This document shows, piece after piece, positions 1 through 8,791 of a stretch of 44,160 nucleotides of DNA (positions are counted from its first letter, which is position 1; every line of letters starts with the position of its first letter). A model generated the notes under the pieces. That model was not told where the DNA came from. It saw nothing but the letters and a program-made list of their open reading frames with translations, and made no database searches. Position numbers and translations under genes: made by a program. Source of the stretch: a virus. The stretch covers positions 1 to 44,160 of the IMG/VR virus record IMGVR_UViG_3300021256_000026, one strand, 5' to 3'.

Positions 1-127
1 TAGCCTCTCTGTTTCTTTTTTTTTGTTAGAATCGAGGAGAAACGAATGAGGAAGATGTGATTAGTTTTAGTCGTTCGCCGTACTTCGTCCAGATACATTT
101 ATCTGCTGTATCTCCGAAGTGAGTTGC
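1..127. repeat. Terminal direct repeat, copy 1 (circular-assembly overlap)
   Basis: Read by eye as identical to 44034-44160. The length of exactly 127 matches a common assembler k-mer. Confidence 0.9.
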
Positions 128-1750
128 ATCTTCCGGTGCCACAGACTTGCGTCTCTCGGAACGCTTATCCTTGGTGAATTTACCCTTGCTGTCCTCCATC
201 ACGGCTGTGTTGCGCATTGAAATGACAAGTTTTCGGCAGCGGGTGGCGTTGATTCTGACCACGGGGAAACGCTCATCAGTCTCGGCGAGTATGTAAGTCC
301 ATAGCAGAAACTTGTCATGCTGCGGCGGTTCTATGCCTGCGTGTGTTCTTTGGTTGACAGTCCATCCACGTTTCTGCAGTTGCTCAATGAACAGTTCGTT
401 GTAACTCTGTTTGGAGCCTGCCTGGTGAATGTCTCCGTAGCGGTCGCGGTAGTAAGTCACGGTCTTGTTGGCATGGTACTGGTAGTAGTTGCAGAATCGC
501 GTTGCGAGCACGTTGACCTCGGTCTCGTCTCTGTCGTCGTTACGACGAACGAAAAACTCATTGATGATATTGTGCACTGGTTTCTTTGTTGCGAGTTTTG
601 TTGAGAAGTCGAAGTTACGTTCCTGATGCACGAGCAGGAAGGAAGCGGAAGAACCCCAGTCTGCAGACAGTTCGAGTGCTCTGCTTGGGTCGCAATCGAG
701 GTCAGCCCGGGAGTCCGTGGCATTGCGCAACGCCTCCCAGTCGTAGTTGGAGTTCTCCCCCACGTCGCGGAGATAACTGTCGTTGTATGCGTTGTAATAG
801 AAGTGCCGGTCCTCCAGTCGATAGTAAGCATTGTCAACTGTGGAAATTCTCTTGTTTAGAATCTCCACCATGAAGGAGAGTTTATCCATCACCTTATACT
901 GGTTGATGATGTACGACATTCCGAGGTTCTCGATGTTGTCGAACACCGACCCGAGAAGGAACAACGTGCCATCCTTAGACACAAAAGGCACAATCTCGCG
1001 TCGCTGTCTCAGGCACTCGTTCCAGAGTTCCGTGAACAGATGCACATCGTTTTGCAGTTTCGCTTCGATGAGTTGCATCTGCGTATCCACCAACCTGTTC
1101 CACTTGGCGAAGAGGTTGATGCCACGTTCGCGCTCATAGTAGTCGGCAGGCTCGAGTAGCCACTGCTGCTCGAGAGTGTAAGGCATTGACGACGTGAAAA
1201 GGTTGCCGTGATGCTTGAAAACCGGATGCGGGCATCTACGCCCAAACACATGCTCGTTGCCTCTGTTGGTAGGTGCTGCCTCCTGGTCAAACTTCTCCTT
1301 ATCTATAGTCAGTGCCTCGTCGGTGATGTTGAAGTCAGCATTCGGTCCTCGCGAGTTTCCTGCCTGAGTGAGAATATATAGCGCATGCCCATTGGAGAAG
1401 GATATCACGTTGTCATACTGCATGATATGCTCGTATGGCGTGTACCACCCCGGCGGCGGAGTTTTACACACCACATAGTCGCCAGTCTTCGTCTTATAGT
1501 CGTAAGGCTTATATCCGAGTCTGTCGAGATAGTTGAAGGTAGAAGGCAGTGTTTTGGTTAGAGCCTGTCCGATGGTGCTCTGGGTGACAGTCGTCACCCC
1601 TCGCGGCATCAGTCGCACGTTCTCATCCACCTCATACCCTACAATCCATGACTTACCGGTACCGCGCGAGAATATAGCATACTTATTCTTCGAGCGGAGC
1701 ATAACGAACTGCCACTGAGCAGGATTGACACGCAGAGGTAACTTAGGCAT
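26..1750 (-). CDS. terL: Terminase large subunit
   Basis: 574-aa ORF. Walker A-like FSRGTGKSW near the N-terminus and Walker B-like NITDEA. Size and position (last gene of the head/packaging operon) fit TerL. Confidence 0.8.
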   Translation of the reverse strand: MPKLPLRVNPAQWQFVMLRSKNKYAIFSRGTGKSWIVGYEVDENVRLMPRGVTTVTQSTIGQALTKTLPSTFNYLDRLGYKPYDYKTKTGDYVVCKTPPPGWYTPYEHIMQYDNVISFSNGHALYILTQAGNSRGPNADFNITDEALTIDKEKFDQEAAPTNRGNEHVFGRRCPHPVFKHHGNLFTSSMPYTLEQQWLLEPADYYERERGINLFAKWNRLVDTQMQLIEAKLQNDVHLFTELWNECLRQRREIVPFVSKDGTLFLLGSVFDNIENLGMSYIINQYKVMDKLSFMVEILNKRISTVDNAYYRLEDRHFYYNAYNDSYLRDVGENSNYDWEALRNATDSRADLDCDPSRALELSADWGSSASFLLVHQERNFDFSTKLATKKPVHNIINEFFVRRNDDRDETEVNVLATRFCNYYQYHANKTVTYYRDRYGDIHQAGSKQSYNELFIEQLQKRGWTVNQRTHAGIEPPQHDKFLLWTYILAETDERFPVVRINATRCRKLVISMRNTAVMEDSKGKFTKDKRSERRKSVAPEDATHFGDTADKCIWTKYGERLKLITSSSFVSPRF

Positions 1751-1752
1751 CT

Positions 1753-2325
1753 TCAGGAATTCATTAGTTCTTCACCCTTCTTCTCGTCGATAGGCTCCTG
1801 CATCACCTCGAGGAGTTCCTGCACCTCGTCGGGTCTGAGGTCGTGCACGTCACCGATAGACTTATATTCGGTGGTTCCATTGTTGTTTACGACTTGTATA
1901 TAAACCGTCGTGTGCTCCATTCGCTTCGGGTCTTCCACTCCTGCCGGCTTATCTCCGATAATCTGATGCAGCACCTTCTTTGCCTGGTTCCACTCCTTCA
2001 GGTTGCCTTGCAGTTTGCATTTTCGAATAAGTTCCAGTTGGTCTTTGATTTGCCAGGCAAACCAAAAATCCCAGTCGAAGGTATGCTTCGTCTTGAACAC
2101 CTCCTTGGCGAGTGCCAGGTCTTTTCGGAATGTAGTCACCGACGCCCTGTACTTACGTGCCAACATAGCCACTATCTGGCTATCGTTGGGATAGTCGTCG
2201 AGCAATCTTGCCGCTGTCATGACACGGTTAAACTGCTCCTGCAGTTCCGGTGGCAGCGGATTGTTCTCTGGGTCGAGGATATGCGCCTCGATGACATCGT
2301 GTGAAAGTTCTAAGAGTTTTGCCAT
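1753..2325 (-). CDS. Hypothetical protein; possible small terminase subunit by position only
   Basis: 190-aa ORF separated from the terL start by 2 nt. Helical and charged. No motif recognised. Confidence 0.5.
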   Translation of the reverse strand: MAKLLELSHDVIEAHILDPENNPLPPELQEQFNRVMTAARLLDDYPNDSQIVAMLARKYRASVTTFRKDLALAKEVFKTKHTFDWDFWFAWQIKDQLELIRKCKLQGNLKEWNQAKKVLHQIIGDKPAGVEDPKRMEHTTVYIQVVNNNGTTEYKSIGDVHDLRPDEVQELLEVMQEPIDEKKGEELMNS

Positions 2326-2504
2326 GTGGAAATAAAATTATACCTTTGCGGCATGGAAGTGATTATCTTTTTACTTATTACGGCTGCTGTCGTCTTGGCA
2401 TTGTTCTCTCGTCAGTACCTCAGGAACTCCAGGAACCTGTCGTGGTACATGGACCATGACAGCGGCATACTTGGCAAGGTGCTTCGTTGGCTGAGCAGAC
2501 TATT

Positions 2505-2786
2505 TTAGCCGATATCCGTTTCTATCGCCCTTACCATAGCCTTCAGTTGTTCCTGTGCCGGATTGCTTCCGTTGCCGGCAGCCTTGATGATACTGCGGTG
2601 CAGTTCCATCTTCTGCCTTAGCAATCCCTTGTAGAACGCCTGATAGACGGGAGAAGTCTCGTCCTTAAGATGGCATCTCAAATCCGCCTCCAGCATTCCG
2701 AGGTTCACCGCTATGAGCGTTGGCGATATGAGGAGATAAGCCATCTCCTCAATCTGATTAAGTTGTTCCTCGCTGAAATTCTTCAT
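2505..2786 (-). CDS. Hypothetical small protein (93 aa)
   Basis: Same-strand ORF in the packaging operon. The start is uncertain (2786 overlaps the upstream gene by 29 nt; the alternative ATG is at 2744). Confidence 0.55.
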   Translation of the reverse strand: MKNFSEEQLNQIEEMAYLLISPTLIAVNLGMLEADLRCHLKDETSPVYQAFYKGLLRQKMELHRSIIKAAGNGSNPAQEQLKAMVRAIETDIG

Positions 2787-3369
2787 CCAGAATAGATTTA
2801 TCGAAGTTCCATATCTGCTCTCCAGTGTGGATTATTCCACGCTCCAGTTTAGGGTTGTGCGTCGCGTTTTGCGAGCCCACGATGCTGATATGCCACTCGT
2901 CGTTCCACACCAGCACCACCTTTGCATGCAGCGCGAGACATCGGTACTGCTCCGGGAACGTGGCCACCAGACGCGCAAAAGGTTTCGGTGAAATGGTTCG
3001 CACCCTATTATCAATAAGGAAGCGGATAGACAATATCCGACCATTGTCGCAGTAGCGCTGCAATGTCGCGATGCTGTCCTCCGCTATCGAGTATGTTGAG
3101 ATAAAAACGTGCGCCGGTCCCGTCTGCTTCAGCACATACAGCAGCAGTTGAATGAGGTTGAACGCCCCATCGGAGAAGAAATGTTTGTCCACTCCTTGTT
3201 GCAGCACCCCGAGTTGTGAAGGCTTGGAAAGCACTTCATGAATGGTCTCGATGTCACTCTGTGACGACTCCAATTTCCTCACCTTCTCCGGCTGCTGCTC
3301 CGGCTGCTTTGACGACTGTTGCTCCTTTTGCGGATTTTCCTTTATGTCAAAGGGATTTACGAGCATCAC
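2758..3369 (-). CDS. PLD/HKD-family nuclease-like protein
   Basis: Single HKD-type motif HAKVVLVWNDEWHISIVGSQN (HxK...DEW...GSxN). ATGA overlap with the upstream gene. Confidence 0.6.
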   Translation of the reverse strand: MMLVNPFDIKENPQKEQQSSKQPEQQPEKVRKLESSQSDIETIHEVLSKPSQLGVLQQGVDKHFFSDGAFNLIQLLLYVLKQTGPAHVFISTYSIAEDSIATLQRYCDNGRILSIRFLIDNRVRTISPKPFARLVATFPEQYRCLALHAKVVLVWNDEWHISIVGSQNATHNPKLERGIIHTGEQIWNFDKSILDEEFQRGTT

Positions 3370-4199
3370 TTTCGTCTTGCTATCTCATATTCGAGACTTG
3401 TTAGTCTCGCCTGCAGATGTTCCACTTCCTTCTCCAGTACCACCCTCTTAGGGCAGTCCGGCATAGGATTAGGTTTCTCCTGTTTGCTCTGCGTCTGGTA
3501 CAGCAGCATGTTCTGCTTCTTGGTCAGCATCGTCTTCGTTGATGAGCGCTGCCTCTTCAGAGTCGTGTCATCGAGAGCCGTGAGGTCTTCAGGCTTCTCC
3601 TCTTCCTTCTTGACGGTCACCGTCTCTGCACACGCCTTCTCAATCTCGTCGAAGGTTGGAATGGTACCATCCTCGTCGTAACGTTTACGCAGAGCCCACA
3701 GAGCCTCCATCTTCGCTGTCAGACCCTCCATCTTCTCCGAGAGTTCCTTGCGCTTAGCAGTCACCTCGTCGTCGTTAGTCTCTGGCAGTTCCGCCCTCTC
3801 ACGGTTAGCGATGTCACGCTGCTTGTGGTAGTCGGCGTAGTGTTCCATGAGTTTCTCGACTTCCGTAGGTTTTGGAGTCTTTGACTGCGTATCCTCCTCC
3901 GGGTTAGGCAGGTCCACGAGTTCCTTGTGCTCGTCGTTCAGAGCATCGACATCCTCGTCGTTGAAACGAGGGTCATCAGGACTGTAGTACACCTGAAGCA
4001 TCTGTCTGAGAGAATACTTCAGTTTCTCGCGTGTCCACTCCTTCTCGCCGTTGCGTGCCAGGAGTGCTGCCACCGATGGTTTGAAACCAGACTTCTGCAG
4101 TATCTGCAGACCCTTGGCGTAGTTACGTTTCTCAGGTTGGTTGTTAAGCCATTTCATAGCCTCATTGCGGGCTTCAAAGTAATCTTGAGTCAATTTCAT
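3366..4199 (-). CDS. Hypothetical Lys/Glu-rich coiled-coil protein
   Basis: The ORF track starts at 4271, but a TAnnTTTG -7 box (4225-4232) lies inside that extension. The first ATG after it is at 4199 (MKLTQDYF...). Confidence 0.6.
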   Translation of the reverse strand: MKLTQDYFEARNEAMKWLNNQPEKRNYAKGLQILQKSGFKPSVAALLARNGEKEWTREKLKYSLRQMLQVYYSPDDPRFNDEDVDALNDEHKELVDLPNPEEDTQSKTPKPTEVEKLMEHYADYHKQRDIANRERAELPETNDDEVTAKRKELSEKMEGLTAKMEALWALRKRYDEDGTIPTFDEIEKACAETVTVKKEEEKPEDLTALDDTTLKRQRSSTKTMLTKKQNMLLYQTQSKQEKPNPMPDCPKRVVLEKEVEHLQARLTSLEYEIARRK

Positions 4200-4224
4200 A
4201 TCCTTTGTTTTTTTGAGGTTTTCG

Positions 4225-4232
4225 CAAAGATA
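4225..4232 (-). promoter_or_regulatory. Bacteroidota-type -7 promoter box (TATCTTTG on minus strand)
   Basis: Plus-strand caaagata is the reverse complement of TAnnTTTG. It lies 25 nt upstream of ATG 4199. Confidence 0.55.
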
Positions 4233-4320
4233 ACGATTATTTTCCCGACTGTCATAGACAATAAAGAGCACCCGGACGGGTGCTCCCTAAAAGTATATTC
4301 AAACTAACAAAAGAGCCGTA

Positions 4321-4908
4321 TTACTCTCCTGCTGCTGCAGTGAGAAGATTCACGGTGTCACCCTCATAGCACAGTGCTCGTGGAGCGCTGTATGTGAAGT
4401 TCAGCGACGCCTGGTTGCGCTCTGTCGGGTTGGTTCCTGTTACGAAACCTTCCGAGTCGTTGGCAAGACGAGCACCACGTTTTGCATCGCCCATGAGGTA
4501 GTACACCCCATTGTTGTCCTGGACGATGAAGAAAATCTTCTTGCCCTTGACAGCGTTGACAAAACCGAGAATCTTCTTACGGATCTTGGCGTTGATGATG
4601 CTGAGAGTGTAGAGGAACGACTCTCCACCGTTCTCGCCCTGAGGCTTGATTGAGAACGAACCGACATCGTCGGTGAACTCGAACTTGTAAGCACGGCATC
4701 CTTTGTTCATCACAACGTCACCCACGAGAGCGCCCGCCTTTTCCATATCTATTGCCGTTTCTGCCGCTTCTGGTGTCGGCTTCTCCGGCCACGTACCCAC
4801 CTCGTCAGCATATCCGAAGATGACAACCGGCACGATGCCGCCCATGTTGTCCTGGTCACTGCATGACAGGTTGGTGTCGATGTCTGCAAGATTTATACAA
4901 TTCTTCAT
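4321..4908 (-). CDS. Hypothetical virion-module protein (195 aa)
   Basis: ORF 11 nt downstream of the putative capsid gene on the same strand. No motif recognised. Confidence 0.65.
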   Translation of the reverse strand: MKNCINLADIDTNLSCSDQDNMGGIVPVVIFGYADEVGTWPEKPTPEAAETAIDMEKAGALVGDVVMNKGCRAYKFEFTDDVGSFSIKPQGENGGESFLYTLSIINAKIRKKILGFVNAVKGKKIFFIVQDNNGVYYLMGDAKRGARLANDSEGFVTGTNPTERNQASLNFTYSAPRALCYEGDTVNLLTAAAGE

Positions 4909-4919
4909 GGCGGTGAGAT

Positions 4920-5906
4920 TTAGGCGGTTGGTGTGAGAGGCTTGTCATTCACGCAGAAGAGTTCCTTACCGATGTAAGGTATCTGCGTTCCGAACACATA
5001 CTTACCGAGAGCCTTGAACAGATAGTCGTCAGGTACGGCCTTGATGGTGCGCATGTCGCTCATCTTGTCGAAGCCGAACGCGATGTTCTCCTTGATGGTG
5101 AGGAGTACGAACTGGCTTCCCTCTGGCAGGTCAGGAACTCGCACGAGTTCGCACTTGCCCTTAGAGCCATGGAGGAACTGCTGCTTAGTCTCATCAGCGG
5201 TCTTGCCTACGTCGTGCACACCAGGGTGCTCGTCTGAGAACCAGTCGTCGTACATGTCGCCGAGGTCGTCGGAGATGAACATCTTCGAGTTCATGCGGCG
5301 GAAGATAGTGTTGCGCGAGCGCCACATCTTCAGCAGTTCGTCGCCGATGTTGGCGCGTGTCATTGTAGCAGTGGCCACGAGGTTTCCGAGAGCGGCAGTA
5401 ATCTTTCCTGCTGTCTTCTCCGCCTCGATGATGGTACCGATACCGTCGAAAGAGTCGGCGATATCCGTCTTGTTGGCTGCGGCATCGAACTTGGCTGTAA
5501 ACAGCACATTGAGAAGGTCGAACGAAGCCTGGTTGAGAATCTCCTGGACGAGCCAGAGTTCGAACGGGTGCTTTGCAATCTCAATCTTACCGCGCACCTC
5601 GGTGACGTAAGAACGACGATAGCGCTCCGGCTCGTCGAGCACCTCCATCACGACAGGGTGAACAGTAAGCGTACGCGGAATAAACTCACCGATATGAGTC
5701 TGTCCCTTGAAAACACCGGTGTACTTACTAGACACCTTCTGCAGCACAGCCTTCGTGAAGGTGTACGAGTCAGTGATGCCAGCGAAAGCAGTGAAGTGCT
5801 GAAGCACCTCGTTGGCACCCAGACGCGGAATAGCGTCAAGTGTCTTTCCATGTTTCTTCACCGCGGTATTGACGGCGGTGATGTCAATAGGATCGTTGTA
5901 ATTCAT
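4920..5906 (-). CDS. Putative major capsid protein
   Basis: 328-aa ORF immediately downstream of the protease-scaffold gene, the usual protease-capsid order. Called by position and size only. Confidence 0.55.
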   Translation of the reverse strand: MNYNDPIDITAVNTAVKKHGKTLDAIPRLGANEVLQHFTAFAGITDSYTFTKAVLQKVSSKYTGVFKGQTHIGEFIPRTLTVHPVVMEVLDEPERYRRSYVTEVRGKIEIAKHPFELWLVQEILNQASFDLLNVLFTAKFDAAANKTDIADSFDGIGTIIEAEKTAGKITAALGNLVATATMTRANIGDELLKMWRSRNTIFRRMNSKMFISDDLGDMYDDWFSDEHPGVHDVGKTADETKQQFLHGSKGKCELVRVPDLPEGSQFVLLTIKENIAFGFDKMSDMRTIKAVPDDYLFKALGKYVFGTQIPYIGKELFCVNDKPLTPTA

Positions 5907-5946
5907 ATAATAACGTGTTATGTGTTAGTGATAAGTGATGGCTCGA

Positions 5947-7065
5947 TTACTCCTCTTCGTAGAAGTTGATGGGGTCCTTACGGATATCCTCGTACTCGTC
6001 TTTGTTCCCATCCTCCTGCTTTGCCGGCTGCTCTACGGGAGCGGGAATTTTATCGAAGAGTTCCTTAATCTTCGCCGTTTTATTGGCGATGCCGTCAATG
6101 CTCTTAATCATGTCACTGAGCGAGTCGAGAGAGTCAGAGGCCTCCTTCAGGTTGTCCTCCGCAGTTTTCTTGGCAGAGTTGGCGTCTGCCAGTTGCTTGT
6201 TAAGGTCATCAATAGCCTTCTTGTTCTTGGCAAGTTCGTCGTTGATGGCCTTCATCTGGTCTTCCGTGAGGGTGAAGTTACCCTCTGCAGACTGTGTGAA
6301 GCCTACTACAGCGAGCAGGGCATTCAGCATAGTGAAGATTGTGTTCATGTTGTCAATATGTTGAGTTGTTGAAATGGGTTGTTCGTTGGCGGTTGAGGGT
6401 TGAGCGTTGAGATTTTCGGTCTTGGGAGACACCAGTCCGAGTTTCTCCGCTACGCGCTGCAGCAGAGACTTCTCCACCTCCACACCTTCCGGCATCGGTA
6501 TAGCGCAGTTCTTGAAGTTCTTTGCGAGAGAGTTGGTCACCTTCTTTCCAGAAGGTTCCGCTATCACCTCGTCGACGAAACCATATTCCTTGCACTCCTG
6601 AGCGGTGAGCCATGGATGTTCCTGCATCAGTTTCAGCATCTCGTCCTTAGACTTGCCAGAACGTGCAGCATACTTGTTGGCAATCATCTCATCCATCTTC
6701 TCGAGAGAACGAATCTCCCCGTCGATGTCTTCGCCCAGTTCCTTCAGTTCCTCGGCGTTCATCTGCTGCCACAAGAAGTATTCTATCGAAGAGCAGTGCA
6801 CGTAGAGCATGCAGTCCTCGTGCATCTTGATTGACTTCGCTCCAAACGGCAGCCATGTTGCCGCGCTTGCATTGAGCGAGTCATGTATCACCGTCACATC
6901 TCCGTGCTCCTGGATAGCATGAGATATGGCGATGGCATCCGCGATGCTGCCACCATAGGATGCTATGCGCAGCGTCACTGGTGACCCTTTAGCCTTCCTG
7001 AGATTATAGCATACATCCCATCGGGTGTAGCGTCCAATCTCGCCATCAATTCTTATTTCTACCAT
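5947..7065 (-). CDS. ClpP-like prohead protease fused to a C-terminal coiled-coil scaffold domain
   Basis: ClpP/S14-like stretches IASYGGSIADAIAI, NASAATWL and LTAQECKEYGFVDEV. The last ~170 aa are coiled-coil-like. The start was moved from 7134 to 7065 (MVEIRIDGEIG) because a -7 box at 7137-7144 would put the transcription start downstream of 7134. Confidence 0.7.
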   Translation of the reverse strand: MVEIRIDGEIGRYTRWDVCYNLRKAKGSPVTLRIASYGGSIADAIAISHAIQEHGDVTVIHDSLNASAATWLPFGAKSIKMHEDCMLYVHCSSIEYFLWQQMNAEELKELGEDIDGEIRSLEKMDEMIANKYAARSGKSKDEMLKLMQEHPWLTAQECKEYGFVDEVIAEPSGKKVTNSLAKNFKNCAIPMPEGVEVEKSLLQRVAEKLGLVSPKTENLNAQPSTANEQPISTTQHIDNMNTIFTMLNALLAVVGFTQSAEGNFTLTEDQMKAINDELAKNKKAIDDLNKQLADANSAKKTAEDNLKEASDSLDSLSDMIKSIDGIANKTAKIKELFDKIPAPVEQPAKQEDGNKDEYEDIRKDPINFYEEE

Positions 7066-7136
7066 AGTGTGAAAATTTTTGCGATAGCCCCTAAGTGCCG
7101 AGGAAATCTCTCGGCATGCGGAGCCTTCTTCCATCG

Positions 7137-7144
7137 CAAAGATA
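7137..7144 (-). promoter_or_regulatory. Bacteroidota-type -7 promoter box (TATCTTTG)
   Basis: Plus-strand caaagata directly upstream of the protease-capsid genes. Confidence 0.5.
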
Positions 7145-7213
7145 CGATGAAAACAAGGGTTTTGGTTGGTAGAAAAAAGGGGTGTTGCGGTCGTTTAAAC
7201 CGACTGTAGGCGG

Positions 7214-7708
7214 TTAGTTCTGGTAGTAGTCGAGGTCGAGCGACTCCATTATGACCGACGGCTGCTGTTCGCTGGCTGTGAACCTGAACACCGTTTCAGA
7301 GCGGTCGGCGAATGCCCGTCCAGTAGCCGGTGACGTTGTGCACCTCAGAGGTATCTCCTCGGTACCAGACAGTCGCACTACACCATTGTTATCCTCGTGC
7401 AGCACTATCCACTCGCCACGGGAAAGTTTCTCGATGGTGTCGTTGTTCAGTCCGAACTTAGGAATAATCCCCTCAATTACGGGGTTCCAGAACTTGTTTC
7501 CGTCCTCCTCTTCGTCCTCTTCGGTGAACGAGAAGGTGTCATCGGCGTACATGGGAATGGCGATAATCTCCGTGTTGGAGAGCATCGTCTTCAGTTGATG
7601 CGTGTTGTTGATGAGGTTTACGCGCGTGCCCTTGAAGGCAGCAGCGGGTATGGCGTAGCACTCGTGGAGCCCACCAACGTTCTCGAAGTCAAAGTCAATA
7701 GTTACCAT
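7214..7708 (-). CDS. Hypothetical protein (164 aa)
   Basis: ORF with a 1-nt gap to the upstream gene, on the operon strand. Confidence 0.65.
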   Translation of the reverse strand: MVTIDFDFENVGGLHECYAIPAAAFKGTRVNLINNTHQLKTMLSNTEIIAIPMYADDTFSFTEEDEEEDGNKFWNPVIEGIIPKFGLNNDTIEKLSRGEWIVLHEDNNGVVRLSGTEEIPLRCTTSPATGRAFADRSETVFRFTASEQQPSVIMESLDLDYYQN

Positions 7709-7709
7709 A

Positions 7710-8315
7710 TCAAATCGTTTCAGTGTATTGTTGGAGATTATGGAGGAACGTGTTTGTCGCCTGCTTTTGGAGCAGTCCAGTTTTGGTCAAAATTAGAAAC
7801 ACATTTTCTGATGTTTTTAACATTATTTCGCTAATCGCAGGATAAATCCCCTTTGGGATATTCCTCGACAGGTCTTTACGGATGCTGTCGTCAGACCAGT
7901 CGTCCTCATCAATCCCGGTTGCTATGCGGAACACGTCGATAGCCTTTGCCGTGGAATATCCGAGGCTCTGAAGAGTTGACACGTTAGTTCTGAGCAGCGC
8001 CTTGACTCGCATCTCCAGTTCGTTGTTGAACTCCACCACCTCATACGGTGTAAGTTCCCAACCGTACGTGTTGAAGATACGCCTGTTTATCTCTATCGCC
8101 ACCTGGTCGTTGTAGCGTGACAGTTCACCATCAACATTGTTGAGGTGTCCCTGTCTGGATAGATGGTTGCGGAACGACTGTTGCAGCACCCTGTCAGGAG
8201 AGAGGTCAGCAATCTCCTTCCATTGGTCATCCGGTTTGTTGAAGTTGGCGAGCAGCCACTTCTTGGTGTAATGCTTGCACGGCAGCCACACCGCCCATCG
8301 CTCTTTTTTCTCCAT
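7710..8315 (-). CDS. Hypothetical protein (201 aa), first gene of the head operon
   Basis: ORF preceded by a -7 box at 8344-8351. Confidence 0.65.
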   Translation of the reverse strand: MEKKERWAVWLPCKHYTKKWLLANFNKPDDQWKEIADLSPDRVLQQSFRNHLSRQGHLNNVDGELSRYNDQVAIEINRRIFNTYGWELTPYEVVEFNNELEMRVKALLRTNVSTLQSLGYSTAKAIDVFRIATGIDEDDWSDDSIRKDLSRNIPKGIYPAISEIMLKTSENVFLILTKTGLLQKQATNTFLHNLQQYTETI

Positions 8316-8343
8316 AGGTTAGTCTGATACTGTTAGTTTAATG

Positions 8344-8351
8344 CAAAATTA
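8344..8351 (-). promoter_or_regulatory. Bacteroidota-type -7 promoter box (TAATTTTG)
   Basis: Plus-strand caaaatta, 28 nt upstream of ATG 8315. Confidence 0.55.
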
Positions 8352-8430
8352 ATCAATTATCTACGAAAAACTTCAAATATCGTTGAAATATTTTTTCGTA
8401 TTGTTTTGTTTTCGGAGAAAAAAGAGAAAA

Positions 8431-8697
8431 AAGTGAAACAGCGGAACATTTGCGACATAAGTTACTGATAATCAGCAGAGGTTAGGTGTTTCACTTTTGT
8501 GTTTCACTTTTTTTTGAGTTGAAAAGTGAAACAGAAACAACGGTGTAAACGGCTGAGAGACAGAAACTTGCGTTTCTCTTTTTCACCTTCTATTGAAAAG
8601 TGAAACAAAAGTGAAACAAAAAGTGAAACATTTGTAACGAGTTGATTTTTAAATAATTATACACTTTTTCTTCCCCTCTGTTTCCATTGTTTCACTT
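8431..8697. repeat. Iteron array: 8 copies of AAGTGAAACA in an AT-rich intergenic region (candidate origin or operator array)
   Basis: Plus-orientation copies at 8431, 8524, 8598, 8609 and 8621. Inverted copies (tgtttcactt) at 8487, 8500 and 8688. Three copies are tandem at 11-12 bp spacing. Confidence 0.8.
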
Positions 8698-8753
8698 TTT
8701 TTTAAATAAAACAAATTTTGAAAAAATGAAAGAAAAAATTAACGGCGGAGGGC

Positions 8754-8791
8754 AAAAAAAGAGGCGGCGTTGCAAAGTGCAACACCGCCTC
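8754..8791 (-). terminator. Rho-independent terminator (minus strand)
   Basis: Hairpin 8761-8791 (gaggcgg/ccgcctc plus gttgc/gcaac). Seven A on the plus strand (8754-8760) give a U-run after the hairpin in minus sense. Confidence 0.75.

Noticed and set aside
1-127. Biological direct terminal repeats or LTR-like ends
   Set aside because: The repeat length of exactly 127 equals a standard assembler k-mer. A gene stop codon and its terminator read straight through the junction.
8431-8697. CRISPR array interpretation of the repeated AAGTGAAACA motif
   Set aside because: The repeats are only 10 bp, occur in both orientations and are irregularly spaced (3-80 bp). No cas genes are present.
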